Below are positions 37,921-52,138 of a DNA stretch of 64,000 nt, piece after piece. The stretch is from Azolla caroliniana (taxonomy: Eukaryota; Plantae; Polypodiophyta). Location of the stretch: NCBI GenBank assembly GCA_043228905.1, contig JBHGNT010000009.1, positions 17,732,001 to 17,796,000 on the forward strand, written 5' to 3'. Position 1 is the stretch's first letter. Each line of letters begins with the position of its first letter. The notes under the pieces were generated by a model. The model made no database searches. It had not been told where the DNA came from and was given only the letters and a program-made list of their open reading frames with translations. The position numbers and the translations under genes were made by a program.

Positions 37921-40514
37921 ATCAAATTTGATTTATGTGTTGCGATTAGTGCTCAACTCACTTTGACCTACCACGATATGAGGGATAGTGGCCTCTCCCT
38001 CAATATGAGAGCAAAGGCCTCCTTACAATGAGTGATTGATCAAATTTTGAGACGCATAATGCCCTTTTGACTTAGAATACACAATCATAATTCCTCATCG
38101 TAAAAGGTTTGATTATTGAACTTACAATAAGCTGATGTGCTAGCATGTTATTAGCACAATGGTGATTAAAATTATAGTTACATATTCTTAAGATGCTTAG
38201 TTTTCACGAGGATGTAACAACAAATGAGTTTTTGAGTCCTCATAACCTTTGTGTAACCTTTGGCTAGCCAAAATATGATTGCCTATGTATGGACGTAAGC
38301 CTAGGCTGTGCAAATACATTTTATCTCGTCTATCAATGATCCTCACATTAGAGGTAAGCTACAATTTGGACATCCCTATCGCGGTCATCCAATCCATTGT
38401 ACTTGTTAGATGTTATACTTGAGATAATATGGGATGTCGAAAGCCAATCGATGGCCTCAACTCATGGGGTATATATTTGGGTGAGTAATATGTTAACCTT
38501 ATAAATGTATTCCATCCCTAACATGAAGATGAAGCTGATTTGAGGGATTTCTATTCTTTTGTAACGAATGTCTGCACATGATATGTGTATTGAGTAGGGT
38601 TGTTAGATGCTCCAAGAAAAAGGAATTGTATAAGTATGTACTTTGCAAATTACGTTTATAATTGTAAAATTTATCTTATTTATGAGGCACTGCTTTCATG
38701 TGCAACACCTGGGTTGATTATTAGTTAAGAGGCAATTGCCAATATTGGAGTTTATAAGAGCCTCGAGGGACCCCTTTGGATTTGCAAAGGAATAATGGAT
38801 AAAAGATTGCAAGTTCTATTCTTTTTATGAGAATTTTAAAAGGTGATCTTATTGTTTTCTTAGAAAATGCCAATGCCAATGTTGTGAAAACCATTCATTT
38901 AGGAGCAAATTGCTCATGATCTCAAACGTAAACCATGAAACACCTATAGAAAGTTAACAATGCCAACATGAATACATAAAGATATTTTTTATAAGTGGAC
39001 TGTTAGGTCAGTGCATGCATGGCTTTTTTATAATGAATGTAATGAATGACCCATTACTGACTTTAGTTCACAACCGTAATTATACAAATCATAAGGTTTA
39101 TGCGTACACTATGATATTTATATACTTAAAATATAAATCTCGATAACGTAAGCTCTAAATCTACAAAAAATCATTTCTAACAAAGCCTAAAGTCTCATAT
39201 GTGATTTATTAGCACTTGTTTCCGCAATGTTTTTTAACATGTTTTGACTTATTACGTATATAATCTCCACTCTAGATTCTAATCACTATGAGGTGTCTCC
39301 TCCCTTCCAAAATTGATCCTAGACCTGGACCATTGTTTTCCTGTACTTGTATCCAATTACAATTCCGCATTTGGTGCTATGCAAATACACACTCTCATTT
39401 AACCTAGTTTTCTTTGGGAAATGTGAAAGCACATGCGCTTTATACGTTACTAGCTTTTCGCCCTTGATTTTTCATAATTGCATTAAGGTCAATATCACTC
39501 CCATTAAATTAACATTTAGTTGCATGCATCAAACTAATCCTTCCAAGTATTCATTACAAGTGAGCAAATGGGCTTTATTATCGAATTATGTAAAGAAAAT
39601 TGCCAAGTAGCATACAAAAAGCCAAGAGTCTTTATTGTAAAGCCCTATAAAATCAAGAACAATCCAAAGAAAATACTTTGCGGATGACCTTTATCAATGA
39701 GCAAATGATATTTCACAAAGCTAGCCCTTCATTTATCTAACGTTTACCAATTTAGGAACATTTCCAAAATTATCCAACATAGCATACAATGAGAGAAAGG
39801 CAAGAAGACATTGCATAACCAGAAGTAAAGCTGGGTGTGATGAATGAACACTAATCACTTGCCATAAACTTTAGGTGAGATTGGATAGCATTATATGCTG
39901 TGTATCAAAATTAAGATCACTACCTTCATTATCTTTGCATATATTGATCATACAAAGTTCCAATGGGGCCAAGGCAGAACATATTTCACCTTGACTCTTG
40001 GTGAACCTGACATGATGTCTTCTCTATTCTTGGATTCCAAAAGTCAATTAAAAGGGCCTCTCGATGAAGATGTACAATTGAATTTCAGCAACTATGTAAG
40101 TGATTGCAAACTTGGATCATTGAAACCCTTTAAGTTGTAATTATAATTTATGTATCCTGCCAATTTACGAAACTTTGGGAACAAAATCCACCACAACATT
40201 GTGACACTTGAATGCTTTTGTAAGAAGGCGAAATCAACAATTATTCCATGAGGGTAAACCAGGTGAATAGACCTGAAGAGTTAAAACAAATGGCCTTGTA
40301 AAAGGCCACCATCTAATAGAGAAACAAGACTGAAGGGGTGTACTTTTGAATGCCAATATTAAGAGAAGATGGGTGTATTTATGAAATGTCCTTTACAATA
40401 GAAACTCAATCCCTAAACTAAATCAAAACTCATTTTGCAAACAAAGGCCTATGATTGCACCACACTAAGCCCCTAGTTAAATAATAGTTGGCCAGATGTA
40501 TAATAAGAAAAGAT

Positions 40515-42902
40515 CTATTGCTCCTGAGGAGGCAGAAATGGAGTCCACCATCCTTCTCCATACTTGGGGTAGGGTGCAGTCCATACTTCAGGTTTCTCAA
40601 ATGTAAGATCAGGTGGATTTGAGGACTTCAATACTTCGGCCACACTCTTTTCGCTTTCTATCTCCCCTTTCAATACTCGGTCTAGCCGAAGCTTCATAAA
40701 CCTACAAAAAATGCCACACTTGAAAATTAGGATTGTAGCATGGGTGCAAGACACCTAGGTGCATGCCTAATATGACCTTTCATTATCTAAACACCTATGA
40801 TGTCAGTGGTATAGTGTACCCTTACGAAACCAGAACTCTAAAGGAATCACATGAAATGACCAGAGATTCAGAAATAATAAGCCAACGTGCATGCAATTAA
40901 ACATGTCATTGAAATGGAACTATATAGATATATATGTGCAGCACATGGCGACTCTTTCTGAAATATATATAGTTGTAATGTAACGTGTTAAAAGATGAAC
41001 AAAGTATCGCAAACAAAGATTAAGTTCAGAATCCAGTAATCACACCCTAATCACTCTTATTGTTGGATTTCCAGATTAATCTGTAATTGTATTATAAACC
41101 CTCATGAATCTTATTAAACCCTAATGACCAGAGATTCAGAAAAAATCCCCATGTGCACACACATGTGATTATAATGCAGCATACTGCAATTTCTGAATCC
41201 AACAGTTGAAAGATAAACCTTAATCCCCCTTATTAAGCGTAGCAATTGCAGTTAGTGGATTTGAAAATTAATATTAAAAATCACAATACGAAGTACCAAA
41301 AGCAAAAGGGAGAAGGGAATGGGAACATACGTGATCCACAATTCATCCGTAGAGACAAGGGCTACAGCAGGCCGCTTCAATCTTTTGGAGATGTTGGGAA
41401 ATTTGTCGAGGAACTCAGGTTCAATGGCAAGCCAGAAATCTTGTTCCCGGTTGCGTTCACTGAAATTCCTCAACCGTTCCCGCATCAGCTCTTGGAAATG
41501 CTCCTCCTCATCCAGCATGAACTTGGCATTGGCCACAAGGAAATGATATTTGATGGTCTTCTGAACAGATTCAATACCTCCAGGTGAGAACTTCTTTTAA
41601 CCTTTGAGAAGATTTCTTTGAAAGATAAAACACGTGATTTGATTTGATATATCCTAGTAATTCATTAATTTAAGAAAACCCTTTTCCAAACATTTTTGCA
41701 ACAACAAAACTCTGAAATATAAGAAATGAGCTGAAACTTGGGCAGTCACTTGTGTTCAGAGAGATTTTAGGTGAAACAAAACCCTAACGTATCATAAAGT
41801 CAAAGAGAAACCTTTGGCAATAAACTTTTTACACAAATCTCTGAGTTTCATCAGAAATGTGCCAATAACATCACAGCAAGAATTTGTGGAATGCTCCAAC
41901 ATCTAGGACTTTGGCAAGAATTTCTACCTCGAGATGTTGTCGGTACATTCTATGATGGATCATAGATGAAACTTACGCAAGAATTTGTGAAGATGGATAA
42001 CCAGAATGCTTGAACATTACAACCTTTGGCAACTAATTTCGAAACCATACTGACAAACTTTGGCAAGAATTTGCGAAGGTGTAAAACCAGAGATATCAAA
42101 CCTGTAGCACAAGTTCTATCTCGAGATATTACGACCAGAAATGAATCTCTGTAAACATTTTGTGAAGGCCATAGCCATAAATAAAATGATGGGCCTTTGC
42201 AATAAATTGTGAGTACAAAACGCGGATCTAGCACAAATGTGACCAAAACATATTTCAAAGTGAGAAGAATTCATGAACCTGAACTTTTGGCGAGAATAAT
42301 CTAAATTGAGACCATAAAACACTGATCCATTACACACAGACAGGTATACTTTTGGTAAAGAATGCAAAAAAAAAAACAGAAATGCTCTAACATCTCAAAC
42401 TTTGGCAGTAATATCTAATGATAAACATTCTGATCAAACATGATAGGTAAAATCTCATTTCATTGTTAGATATATGAATATTTGCCAAGAAGGTAACGAA
42501 ATAGCCTCAAAGAAAGATAAAACATGAAATAAAGGAAAAATTAGCAGTGGCAAAACCCTAATTACAAAGCAAAGAGATGGGATGGGAGGAAGCAAAACAA
42601 GCAGGAGGAGGGAGGGAGGGGGCCAAAACCTTTGAATCAGACGACGCAGCAGAAGTATCGGAAGAAACCTGCGCTGTTGATAGAGAAGAAGCTCCGACAA
42701 TGGCGTGAACCGAGCGGTCGTGCCTGTGTTGTACGGAGGAGATGGAGATGGAGGGGCATCTCCCGGATGCTTTGAGAAGGGGAGGAGGGAGAGGAAGGTA
42801 AGGAGAGGGTCTGGGAGAAGAGAATGGATCGTGGAGGCGAGGGGGGGGTGTGCAGGGATTTGCAGAGGCAGAAGGGAGGGAGGTGGAGGCAGCCATAGCC
42901 AT
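40515..42902 (-). CDS. YCF54: Ycf54 (Mg-protoporphyrin monomethyl ester cyclase accessory factor), 3 exons: 42630-42902, 41331-41560, 40515-40701 (229 aa)
   Basis: Transit peptide; YHFLVANAKFMLDEEEHFQE, QDFWLAIEPEFLD, PAVALVSTD..WITFMKLRLDRV, WTAPYPKY...WW; exons sum to 690 nt. Confidence 0.93.
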
Positions 42903-43099
42903 GGCCACAACAAACAAACACAACACAACACAACACTTCTTCTTCTTCTTCTTCTTCTGCTTTGGGTTTCAGTAGACACAGAAGAAACAGAGAGAGACAG
43001 AGACAGAGACTCTCTCCTCTCCTCTGTCCCTCCTCCTTATCATCAGTTTTTCTTTCTTATTATTTATAATAAAAACGAAATTATCCATATCATAAAAAT

Positions 43100-43260
43100 A
43101 TATGTATGTATGTACTATGTGAGCATGTATGTATGTATGTATGTGAGTATGTATGTATGTATGTGAGCATGAATGTATGTATGTATGTATGTATGTATGT
43201 GAGTATTTATATATGTATGCATTGTATGTATTTATATATGTATGCATGTATTTATGTATT
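43100..43260. repeat. Degenerate (TATG)n microsatellite upstream of Ycf54
   Basis: Direct observation. Confidence 0.9.
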
Positions 43261-43314
43261 GTAAGGAGACATTTTCACACTCATACACTTACTTCATGAA
43301 TGTATTAATGTATG

Positions 43315-44228
43315 TGTAAAGATTCTGTGCAATGGAAGAGATGTGATGTCTGTGTGTGTATAAGAGAGAGAGAGAGAGAGAGAGAGAACACAAGGTATAT
43401 AGAAAATACTAAAACTGTATTTACAAGACGATAAACAAACAACCAACAACAACAAAGAGGAAGATAAGGTGCTTATGTAGTCACCTTCTCTCTATATTCT
43501 CTTACGACAACCACCTCTTGTAGAAGGAGGTTGAGACATAACTACCGAGTAACTATGTGCCATAGGACTTAACTTCTATGACATATTAGTTATGATACAA
43601 AGTGGTGGGATGCTCACACACTTGGCTATTCCTAAAGTGTGTTCCCACACTAAGGAAGTTGAATTTGATTCTCAATACGCCCCTTCAAACACAACATCCG
43701 ATCGTTGGAGAGTCGGCTTGGTGATTGGTATCTGAGTGTCTGCTTTGGTAGTCGGCTTCGGCTTTGGATGTGGATGGCCAGCTTACTCTTGTATTTGTTC
43801 ACCGTTCGACTCTGAGTCGGTCGTCTGTAGGTTGGTGTTTATGTGTTGCAGGTTGACATCTCCGGCCAGGACATGTTCTCGGATAAAGTGATAGTGTACC
43901 TCAATGTGCTTAGTCTGAGCATGGAAAACCGGGTTGCGAGCCAAGTGAATACTGCTCATGTTATTGCAGTAAAGGAGAATCAGATCCTTGATGAGAACAC
44001 CAGATCCTTGAGAATCCACTTGAGCCATACGGTTTCACATGCGATCATGACCGCACCCCTGTATTTTGCTTCTGTGCTCAAAAGTGCGACTGTCGGTTGC
44101 TTTTTGTTGCTCCAAGAGATAGCTCCGTTGCCGAGGGAGAAGACAAATCCCAATGTCGATTGTCTATTGGCATTGTAGCCGGCCCGATCAACATTTGTGT
44201 ACCCTTCGAGTCGAATTTGTGTGGCCGG
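43315..44228 (-). mobile_element. Copia 3' remnant (RNase H, PPT, LTR 43315-43677)
   Basis: AIHLARNPVFHAQTKHIEVHYHFIRE-type RNase H; LTR resembles 59429-59806. Confidence 0.8.
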
Positions 44229-44229
44229 C

Positions 44230-46920
44230 TAGAAAGAAATGAGATGCACCTTTGCCAAGCAAGTCATTTACTATCCCATCACAAGACTTGTTGAATCCTT
44301 TAAAAGTGTACATGTCAAATGCAATTATTCTTTTCCTAGGAAGATGTCTTCTACAAATGACGTGGCTCAATGGATAAATGCCATGTTTAAAGTCTATGTA
44401 GTTAGTGGAGTTTATTTTGCTGCTAGAGGGTTTTACAAAGTATTGCAATCAGAACCAGAGTACAAAACTCAATTACTTGAAGAATCTCCTTTAACATATA
44501 GAGATCAAATGGTTCATGCATTGTCGTGGTCTTTGACAAAAGACCATCAAGGGTTAATTCGTCACAAATGTCTTGTCTGGGTGGAAGTGCTTGACTTTCC
44601 ACAAAATTGGAATCACTTGTTACCTACAATTGCAGCGGGAATGGGGAGAGTAGTATGCCCCCCCAAAACTACAAGTACTTCTAATAGATTTTGCATTCTT
44701 TGGGATATAGATGTTCAGATCTTGGAAGGTATCACCCCTAAACCGGATGATCCAATTATTGGTGCAAGACCTTTTAAGCAGAAATGGGGCAAATATGCAA
44801 GTGCATGTTACACATGTAACAAGTTTGGTCATATGCAATCAAAATGCCCAACACTGACTATTTAGCCACCGAAAACCGCAATGTTGAAACTTGCATCATT
44901 AAAAGAAAATAATCAGGTTTCTTCTTCAAAGGCAACAAACCAATCTATGATGCAACCCATCCAGAAACTGAGAGTACAAGACAAAGGGAAAAGTATAGTC
45001 CCACAGACAATTGGTAATGTGCAATCAAACATGGGCGATTTGAGACAAGCCTTTGATGTGGACAAAGAGAACACTAAAGGATGGCAAATATCTAAGAAAT
45101 CCTTTAGAAGCAAGACACATGTGGTGGCGAGGAAGTACATCATGCACTTGAGAATCAAGGTTCATCTTTACAAGTTAATGCTTCAATGCTCTCATCAGTC
45201 TCCTTTAATATACAAGTCTTTGTAACCCTAGTAAATGGAAACTATTTTGGAACTATATTACCTCTTCTCAAGTAGATGTAATTTGTGTTTAAGAACATAA
45301 ACAAGTTGAATTCAGTGATCAAGTTGGTTCATTTGGAGGTTTTGACATCTTCTATGTAGGTCAAGGTACAACATCTGGAGTGCTTATGATCATAAAACAT
45401 GAGCTAAATCTTACGGTGATCTATGATTATCAACATGGGAGGTGGATGGTTGTGCAATGCATGATAAATGGTGAGACATATGATTTTGTTGGAATATATG
45501 CCCCGAATGCCTCCAGGGACAAAGCTTTACTTTGGCAAAGGCATTTATGCTTATCCATGGCCATAAAATGTATTTATATGTGGACATTTCAACAACTCTC
45601 CAAATGCAGGTGATAACACTAGTGGGCACTCACATATGTTGAGAGAGGAACAAGGTCAGTGGTATAATATGCAAAGCTCATTGGATTGGGTTGATTTATG
45701 GCAAATAACACACCCACATGTTCCTAGTTTTACCTTTCATCACACCACCCACTCCGCATACTATGCAAGGCTTGATAGATGGTATTTGCTGCATGCTAGT
45801 TAGTATGAAAATTTCACATGTACAATGCATATAGATCATGCTTTGTAGTTGTCAAATCATGCTCCTATCTGGCTAGACCTTCAGTTTGGGAATCATTGCT
45901 ATGAAGTGCATCTCTAAAGGAAGAGACTTATGCTCATTAACAACAACTACCTCAAGCATGAACTCTTCAAGAGGATGTTCTATGATATAATACCTCCTCT
46001 TTTTGTAGAAGTCAACATCGATGTTGATATAGCGTGGGTACATTTTGTATATAGATTACAAACAATAATACAAGAGTATGGGAAGTGGTATGTCTCAAGA
46101 CAGAGAGATTACACTCAACAAGCCAAATTTACTTGTCAAGCCCTAACAGAGTTAGCACATAGAAGATTTTTGACTTTACATGAAGGGGATGCATTGTGTA
46201 TGGCCAAACACACATTGATGCTACATGACAAAAATAAATTGGAAAAATGGCAAGTTAGGTCAAGACAGTTTCCATTGAAGGACAAAGGATGCTCTTCTAA
46301 ATCCTTCTTCAAAATGTTGCATCTAATACACCAAAAGGAATCCATTAAATTCATCAAAACTAGTGACGGTTTGTGGACTACAAACCGACTTGAACTAGCC
46401 AAGGAATGTGTAACTCACTTCTCTCACATCTTTAAGAACAATGTAGTTATTACAGATGCAATTAAACATGCTAGAGATACATTCTTATCACTAGTTCAAC
46501 CCACTATTTGTGTTGATAAAGCCATTTCTTTGGATGCAACATTCACAATGGAGGAGCTTTTGGAGGCCCATAAGGGCCTTGGGAAAGGCCATGCCCTTGG
46601 TTGGGATGGTATTACGTTAGAGTTCATTCTAGAATTTTGGGATGTCCTTAAGGATTTAATCCTATCTATGGCATATAATGCTTATCAACAAAGGGATATG
46701 CCGATCTCATGGAAAGAAGGTTTGGTCAAATTAATACCCAAAAAGAAACAGTGAATCTTTTTTGGATTGGCGACCAATCACTCTCATGCCAGTGATCTAT
46801 AAACTTATTGCAAAGATAATTGCAAATCGTATTAAGGACACTTTGTTAAGGGGCATCCACATAAACCAATACGGATAATATTGCTAATGCCTATATTGGA
46901 ATGGAGTATGCCAAATTCAC
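44230..46920 (+). mobile_element. Degenerate L1 LINE (ORF1 with CCHC knuckle, endonuclease, RT N-part), 3'-truncated
   Basis: CYTCNKFGHMQSKC; GIYAPN; ARLDRWY; LGWDG...EFW; LIPKK...WRPITL. Confidence 0.8.
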
Positions 46921-47013
46921 TAAGTATGTACACATATAACGTCGTAGTTACTTCTGAGGACGTATTTTACTTCCTCCTAAATTCATTTGCGTCCAAGAGT
47001 AAGACAACAATAT

Positions 47014-49871
47014 TGACAGGAACTACACGCTCCCGATGAACAACGCTCGGCCACAACCGAGCTTAGAATCAAACACAGAAAACGGGGAATGAATGCACGA
47101 CAAAATGGAGAGAAGAGTACACAGGATGTTTACGTGGAAAACCCAAACACGGGAAAAAAACCACGACAGTCCATTGATTGCTAACTATCACTATGTAACA
47201 ATATACAATAGATGAACACAGAAGCAACGACCTCTTGTTCAATGTCTTTGCCACAAGCGGCGGTTACAACAGAGATACGAACACTTCGTCTCTTTCTCTC
47301 TCTCTCTCTCTGTACACTGTTGCGCTCTAATCTCGCGCCAACAAGAATGACAACCACAACACTAAGTTTGCCCTAAGTCATATTTATACTAATATGACTT
47401 TTCGGCTATTTACAAATATAGCCCCGATGGACTCTCAGAAAACATATTTACGAATATGTCCCTTCATCCGGTGAGCACTTCTCACTGGGCCTTCACCATC
47501 CGGCTCTTGCCGGGTACTCATCATCCGGTTCTCACCGGGTCTTCCATTGCCGGGTACTCGTCATCCAGTTTCGGCCTCGGCCGAGTTTGCTCATCAGTAC
47601 TGTTCTTCTCACTTCCCATCCGGAGGGACCTGTTTCCTAACAAACTCCCCCTTCACTCCGGCATGGGATGTCTTACTAGTCCGATCCGCTTCCGGCATGC
47701 ATCGAGCTTGTCGGGTATCAGTACTTTGGTCAGCATATCTGACCCGTTCTCGGCCATGTGGATCTTCGTTAGCGCGAACTCCTGATCATCTACTCTTTCT
47801 CGGATCCAGTGATACCTTCGCTGGATATGCTTCGTCTGGGAATGGTAGGCCGCATTCTTAGCAAGGTGGATGGCACTTTGACTGTCGCAATAGAGCCGAT
47901 ATTCATCTTGCCGGATACCGAGCTCTCCGATGAAGTCCTTCATCCATAATATTTCCTTGCCGGCTTCCACAACCGCCATGTACTCCGCCTCCGTGGTTGA
48001 CAACGCAACCGTCTTCTGCAGCCTCGACTGCCACGAAACAGCACCCCCTGCATATGTCATTACATACCTGGATGTAGACCGGTTGGTATCCACATCAGCC
48101 GACATGTCTGAATCGGTAAAACTGTCAAGTTGAGGTTTTTCGGAGCCGAATCGGAGACACATATTTGAAGTGCCCTTCAAGTATCGGAGTATCCATTTGA
48201 CCGCGTTCCAGTGCTCCTTGCCGGGATTGCTCATAAACCAGCTCACCACTCCGACTGCGTATCCTATATCCGGTCGGGTACACACCATTGCGTACATTAA
48301 GCTCCCGACGGCAGAGGCATATGGAACCTTCATCATATCAGCCTTCTCTGCTTTCGTCTTTGGGCTTTGCTTACCGGATAATCTGCAGTTTTTCGAGAGT
48401 GTCGATCCGACCGGTTTCACGTCTAACATGTTGAACCGCTGAAGCACCTTTGTCACGTATTTCTCCTGTGACAGCCACAGTTGCTTCGTTGGCCGGTTCC
48501 GGATGATATGCATCCCCAACATCTGTCTTGCCGGACCCAAATCTTTCATCGTGAAAGTTCGGTTGAGAGCCTTCTTCAGCGTCCGTATTCTGGCTTGGTT
48601 CCATCCAACGATCAACATGTCGTCCACGTACAGAAGGAGCATCAGGAAGTCGCCTCCTTCGAACTTCTTCACAAACACGCAGTGATTGGCCTGCGTCTTG
48701 TGGTACCCTTGATCGGTCATGAAGGAGTCGAACTTCCGGTACCATTGTCGGGGAGCCTGCTTCAGTCCGTACAAGCTCTTCTTCAACCGGCAAACCAGGT
48801 GCTCCTTCCCTTTCTCCACGAATCCTTCCGGTTGCTGCATGTAGATCTCCTCTTCGAGGTCACCGTGAAGGAATGTCGTCTTCACGTTCAACTGCTCTAC
48901 CTCGAGGTCCATGCTTGCCCCTATACTCAGCACTGTCCGGATGGAGGTCATCTTTACTACCGGGGCAAATATCTCGTCGAAGTCCACGCCCTTCTTCTGC
49001 TGGAACCCCTTCACCATGATCCTGGCTTTGTATCTCGGGGGGTTGCCAACATCTCCCGGTTTCAACTTGTACACCCACTTGTTTCGGAGTGCCCGCTTTC
49101 CTTTCGACAACTCCACCAATTCGTACGTATGGTTCTCATGCAGGGAATCCATCTCATCCTGCATGACACTTAACCATTTGCGGCTGTGGGTGTCATCCTT
49201 CGCTTTTTCGAAGCTTTTTGGCTCCCCCTCATCGGTTAGCAGCACATGCTCTGCATCTAGAAATCTCCGGGGGGGCCTTCTCTCTCTGAGAGGATATCGA
49301 GTCCGTCTTTGGGCTTCGGTAACCGGCTCCTCCATTTGCTCTTCATCCGAATCCAATTCGGGGTCTTGGCCGGTTCCGGTTTCAGCTTCCTCTACTTCTT
49401 CTTCTGCCGGTTCGGTATCCTCACCGTAACCGGCTGGTTCCTCGAGTGCGAACCGGTTACAACAGAGATACGAACACTTCGTCTCTTTCTCTCTCTCTCT
49501 GTACACTGTTGTGCTCTAATCTCGCGCCAACAAGAATGACAACCACAACACTAAGTTTGCCCTAAGTCATATTTATACTAATATGACTTTTCGGCTATTT
49601 ACAAATATAGCCCCGATGGACTCTCAGAAAACATATTTACGAATATGTCCCTTCATCCGGTGAGCACTTCTCACCGGGCCTTCACCATCCGGCTCTTGCC
49701 GGGTACTCATCATCCGGTTCTCACTGGGTCTTTTGTTGCCGGGTACTCGTCATCCGGTTCTCACCGGGTCTTCCGTAGCCGGGTACTCGTCATCCGGTTT
49801 CGGCCTCGGCCGAGTTTGCTCATCAGTACTACTCTTCTCACTTCCCATCCGGAGGGACCTGTTTCCTAACA
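47014..49871 (-). mobile_element. Ty1/Copia element with internal deletion, TSD AATAT
   Basis: LTR 47014-47642 and partial LTR 49454-49871; PPT 47643-47652; RT (LLYVDDM) and RNase H open in ORF 47653-49450; TSD 47009-47013 and 49872-49876. Confidence 0.93.
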
Positions 49872-49957
49872 AATATTTAAACTATTTATTTTCAAACGTA
49901 TATATCCAATTGGATACTTGAGAATTGATAGGGAGTAGCAGGTTTATATTTGTTTAT

Positions 49958-50027
49958 CCATTGGTGGTCTAGTGGTAGAATAGTACCCTGCCACGGTACA
50001 GACCCGGTTCGATTTCCGGCCAATGCA
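49958..50027 (+). pseudogene. tRNA-Gly(GCC), G1>C and 1-nt T-stem deletion
   Basis: 70-nt match, T6 terminator about 20 nt downstream. Confidence 0.8.
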
Positions 50028-50326
50028 TTGATAAATATTTGCGAACCATTTTTTCAGAATATGAATCCCTTCATGTAATATGTGATTTAAGATTGAATAT
50101 GATAAGTCTCCAATATCTTCAAAGACCACAATTGCTAAATTAGCTATATGGTTCTCGCTTCTTGTGCCAAAGTAATTTCTGTTATGCTCGTGATTTCTCT
50201 ACAGTAACAATATTTTGACAAAGGCCAATGTAAGATGGTGATTATCGAGCACAAGTTAGGATAGCCATTTTGAATACCATAGAATCATTAAAAGAAAATT
50301 AGCATGGTTCTTATCGCATGTTGCAT

Positions 50327-50397
50327 GCATTGGTAGTTTAGTGGTAGAATAGTAACCTCCCACGGTACAGACTCGGGTTCTATTCTCGGCTAATGCA
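50327..50397 (+). pseudogene. tRNA-Gly(CCC) with T-loop mutation
   Basis: GTTCTATT instead of GTTCRATT. Confidence 0.75.
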
Positions 50398-50701
50398 ATA
50401 ATGAAAACATGGTTATTCTATCTTGGGAGAAACAATTGCCTCACATACAATGTGAGAAAATGTTCGACATCAAGAATCGTAAAAGACCTTAAATTTTGGT
50501 GGAACAAAGAGAAAGAATGTCAAGGAGTGTGTACACATATAACGTCGTAGTTACTTCTGCGGATGTATTTTGTTTCCTCCTAAATTCATTTGCGGCCAAG
50601 AGTACCACAACAATATTTAAACTATTTATTCTATAACGTATATATCTGATTCGATACTTGACAAGTGACAGAGGATATGGAGTATATATTTATTTGTTTA
50701 T

Positions 50702-50772
50702 GCATTGGTGGTCTAGTGGTAGACTAGTACCCTACCACCGTACAGACCTGGGTTCGATTCCTGGCCAATGCA
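50702..50772 (+). pseudogene. tRNA-Gly GCC-type copy with ACC anticodon
   Basis: Loop CTACCAC, C-C mismatch in anticodon stem. Confidence 0.75.
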
Positions 50773-51064
50773 CTGACCAAAATTTGTGAACCATTTTTTC
50801 AGAATATGAATCCCTTCATGTAATATGTGATTTTAGATTGAATACGATAAGTGTCCAATATCTTTAATGACCACAACTGCTAAATTAACTATATGGTTCT
50901 CGTGTCTTGTGCTAAAGTAATTTCTGTTATCCTCATGATTTCTGTACAATAACAATATTCTGACAAAGGCCAATGTAAGATGGTGATTATTGAGCAATAT
51001 TTAGGATAGCCATACCATAGACTCATTAAAAGAAAATTAGCATGGTTCTTATCGCATGTTGCAT

Positions 51065-51135
51065 GCATTCGTAGTTTAGTGGTAGAATAGTAACATCCCA
51101 TGGTACAGACTTGGGTTCGATTCCTGGCCAATGCA
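51065..51135 (+). pseudogene. tRNA-Gly(CCC) pseudogene
   Basis: Acceptor and anticodon stem mismatches. Confidence 0.75.
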
Positions 51136-51335
51136 ATGATGAAAGCGTGGTTATTCTATCTTGGGAGAGACAATTGCCTCACATACAATGTGATGCTCAT
51201 GATTTGTCTACAATAACAATATTTTGACAAAGGCCAACGTAAGAAGGTGATTATTAAGCAGTAGTTAGCATAGCTATTTCGAATACCATAGAATCAATAA
51301 AAGAAAATTAGCATGCTTCTTATCACATGTTACAT

Positions 51336-51398
51336 GCATTGGTGGTAGAATAGTACCCTCCCACGGTACATACTCGGATTCAATTCCCGGCCAATGCA
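51336..51398 (+). pseudogene. tRNA-Gly(CCC) with D-arm deletion
   Basis: 8-nt deletion in A box. Confidence 0.75.
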
Positions 51399-51698
51399 AT
51401 GATGAAAATGTGGTTATTCAATCTTGGGAGAGAAAATTCCCTCATATTCGATGTGAGATAATGTCCGACATCAAGAATTGTACAAGACCTTAAATTTTGG
51501 TGGAACAAATAGAAATAATGTCAAGGAGTATGTACACATATAACGTCGTAGTTACTTTTGAGGACGTATTTTATTTCCTCCTAAATTCATTTGCATCTAA
51601 GAGTAACACCACAATATTTAAACTATTTATTTTGTAACGTATACATCCAATTCGATGCCTGAGAAGTGACAGGGTATATCGGGATTATATTTGCTTAT

Positions 51699-51769
51699 GC
51701 ATTGGTGGTCTAGTGGTAGAATAGTACCTTGCCACGGTACAGACCCGGGTTCGATTCCCGGCCAATGCA
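51699..51769 (+). tRNA. tRNA-Gly(GCC), intact
   Basis: GCATTGG/CCAATGC acceptor, GTACC/GGTAC anticodon stem with loop TTGCCAC, CCGGG-TTCGATT-CCCGG T arm, discriminator A, oligo-T terminator near 51791. Confidence 0.92.
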
Positions 51770-52067
51770 CTAACCAAAATTTGCGATTCATTTTTTCTGA
51801 ATATGAATCCCTTCATGTAATATGTGATGTAAGATTGAATATGATAAGTCTCCACTATCTTTAAAGACCACAACTGCTAAATTAGCTATATTGTTCTCGC
51901 TTATTGTGCCAAAGTAATTTCTGTTATGCTTGTGATTTGTCTACAATAACAATATTCTGACAAAGGCCAACGGAAGATGGTGATTATTGAGCAATAGTTA
52001 GGATAGCCATTTCGAATACCTTAGACTCATTAAAAGGAATTAGCATAGCTCTTATTTCATGTTGCAT

Positions 52068-52138
52068 GCATTGGTAGTTTAGTGGTAGAAAAGTACCCTC
52101 CCACGGTATAGACTCGGGTTCAATTCCTGGCCAATGCA
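52068..52138 (+). tRNA. tRNA-Gly(CCC), possibly functional
   Basis: Perfect acceptor stem, loop CTCCCAC, wobble pairs in anticodon and T stems. Confidence 0.6.

Noticed and set aside
50702-50772. Genuine tRNA-Gly(ACC) isoacceptor
   Set aside because: Single G>A change in a decaying copy with a broken anticodon stem
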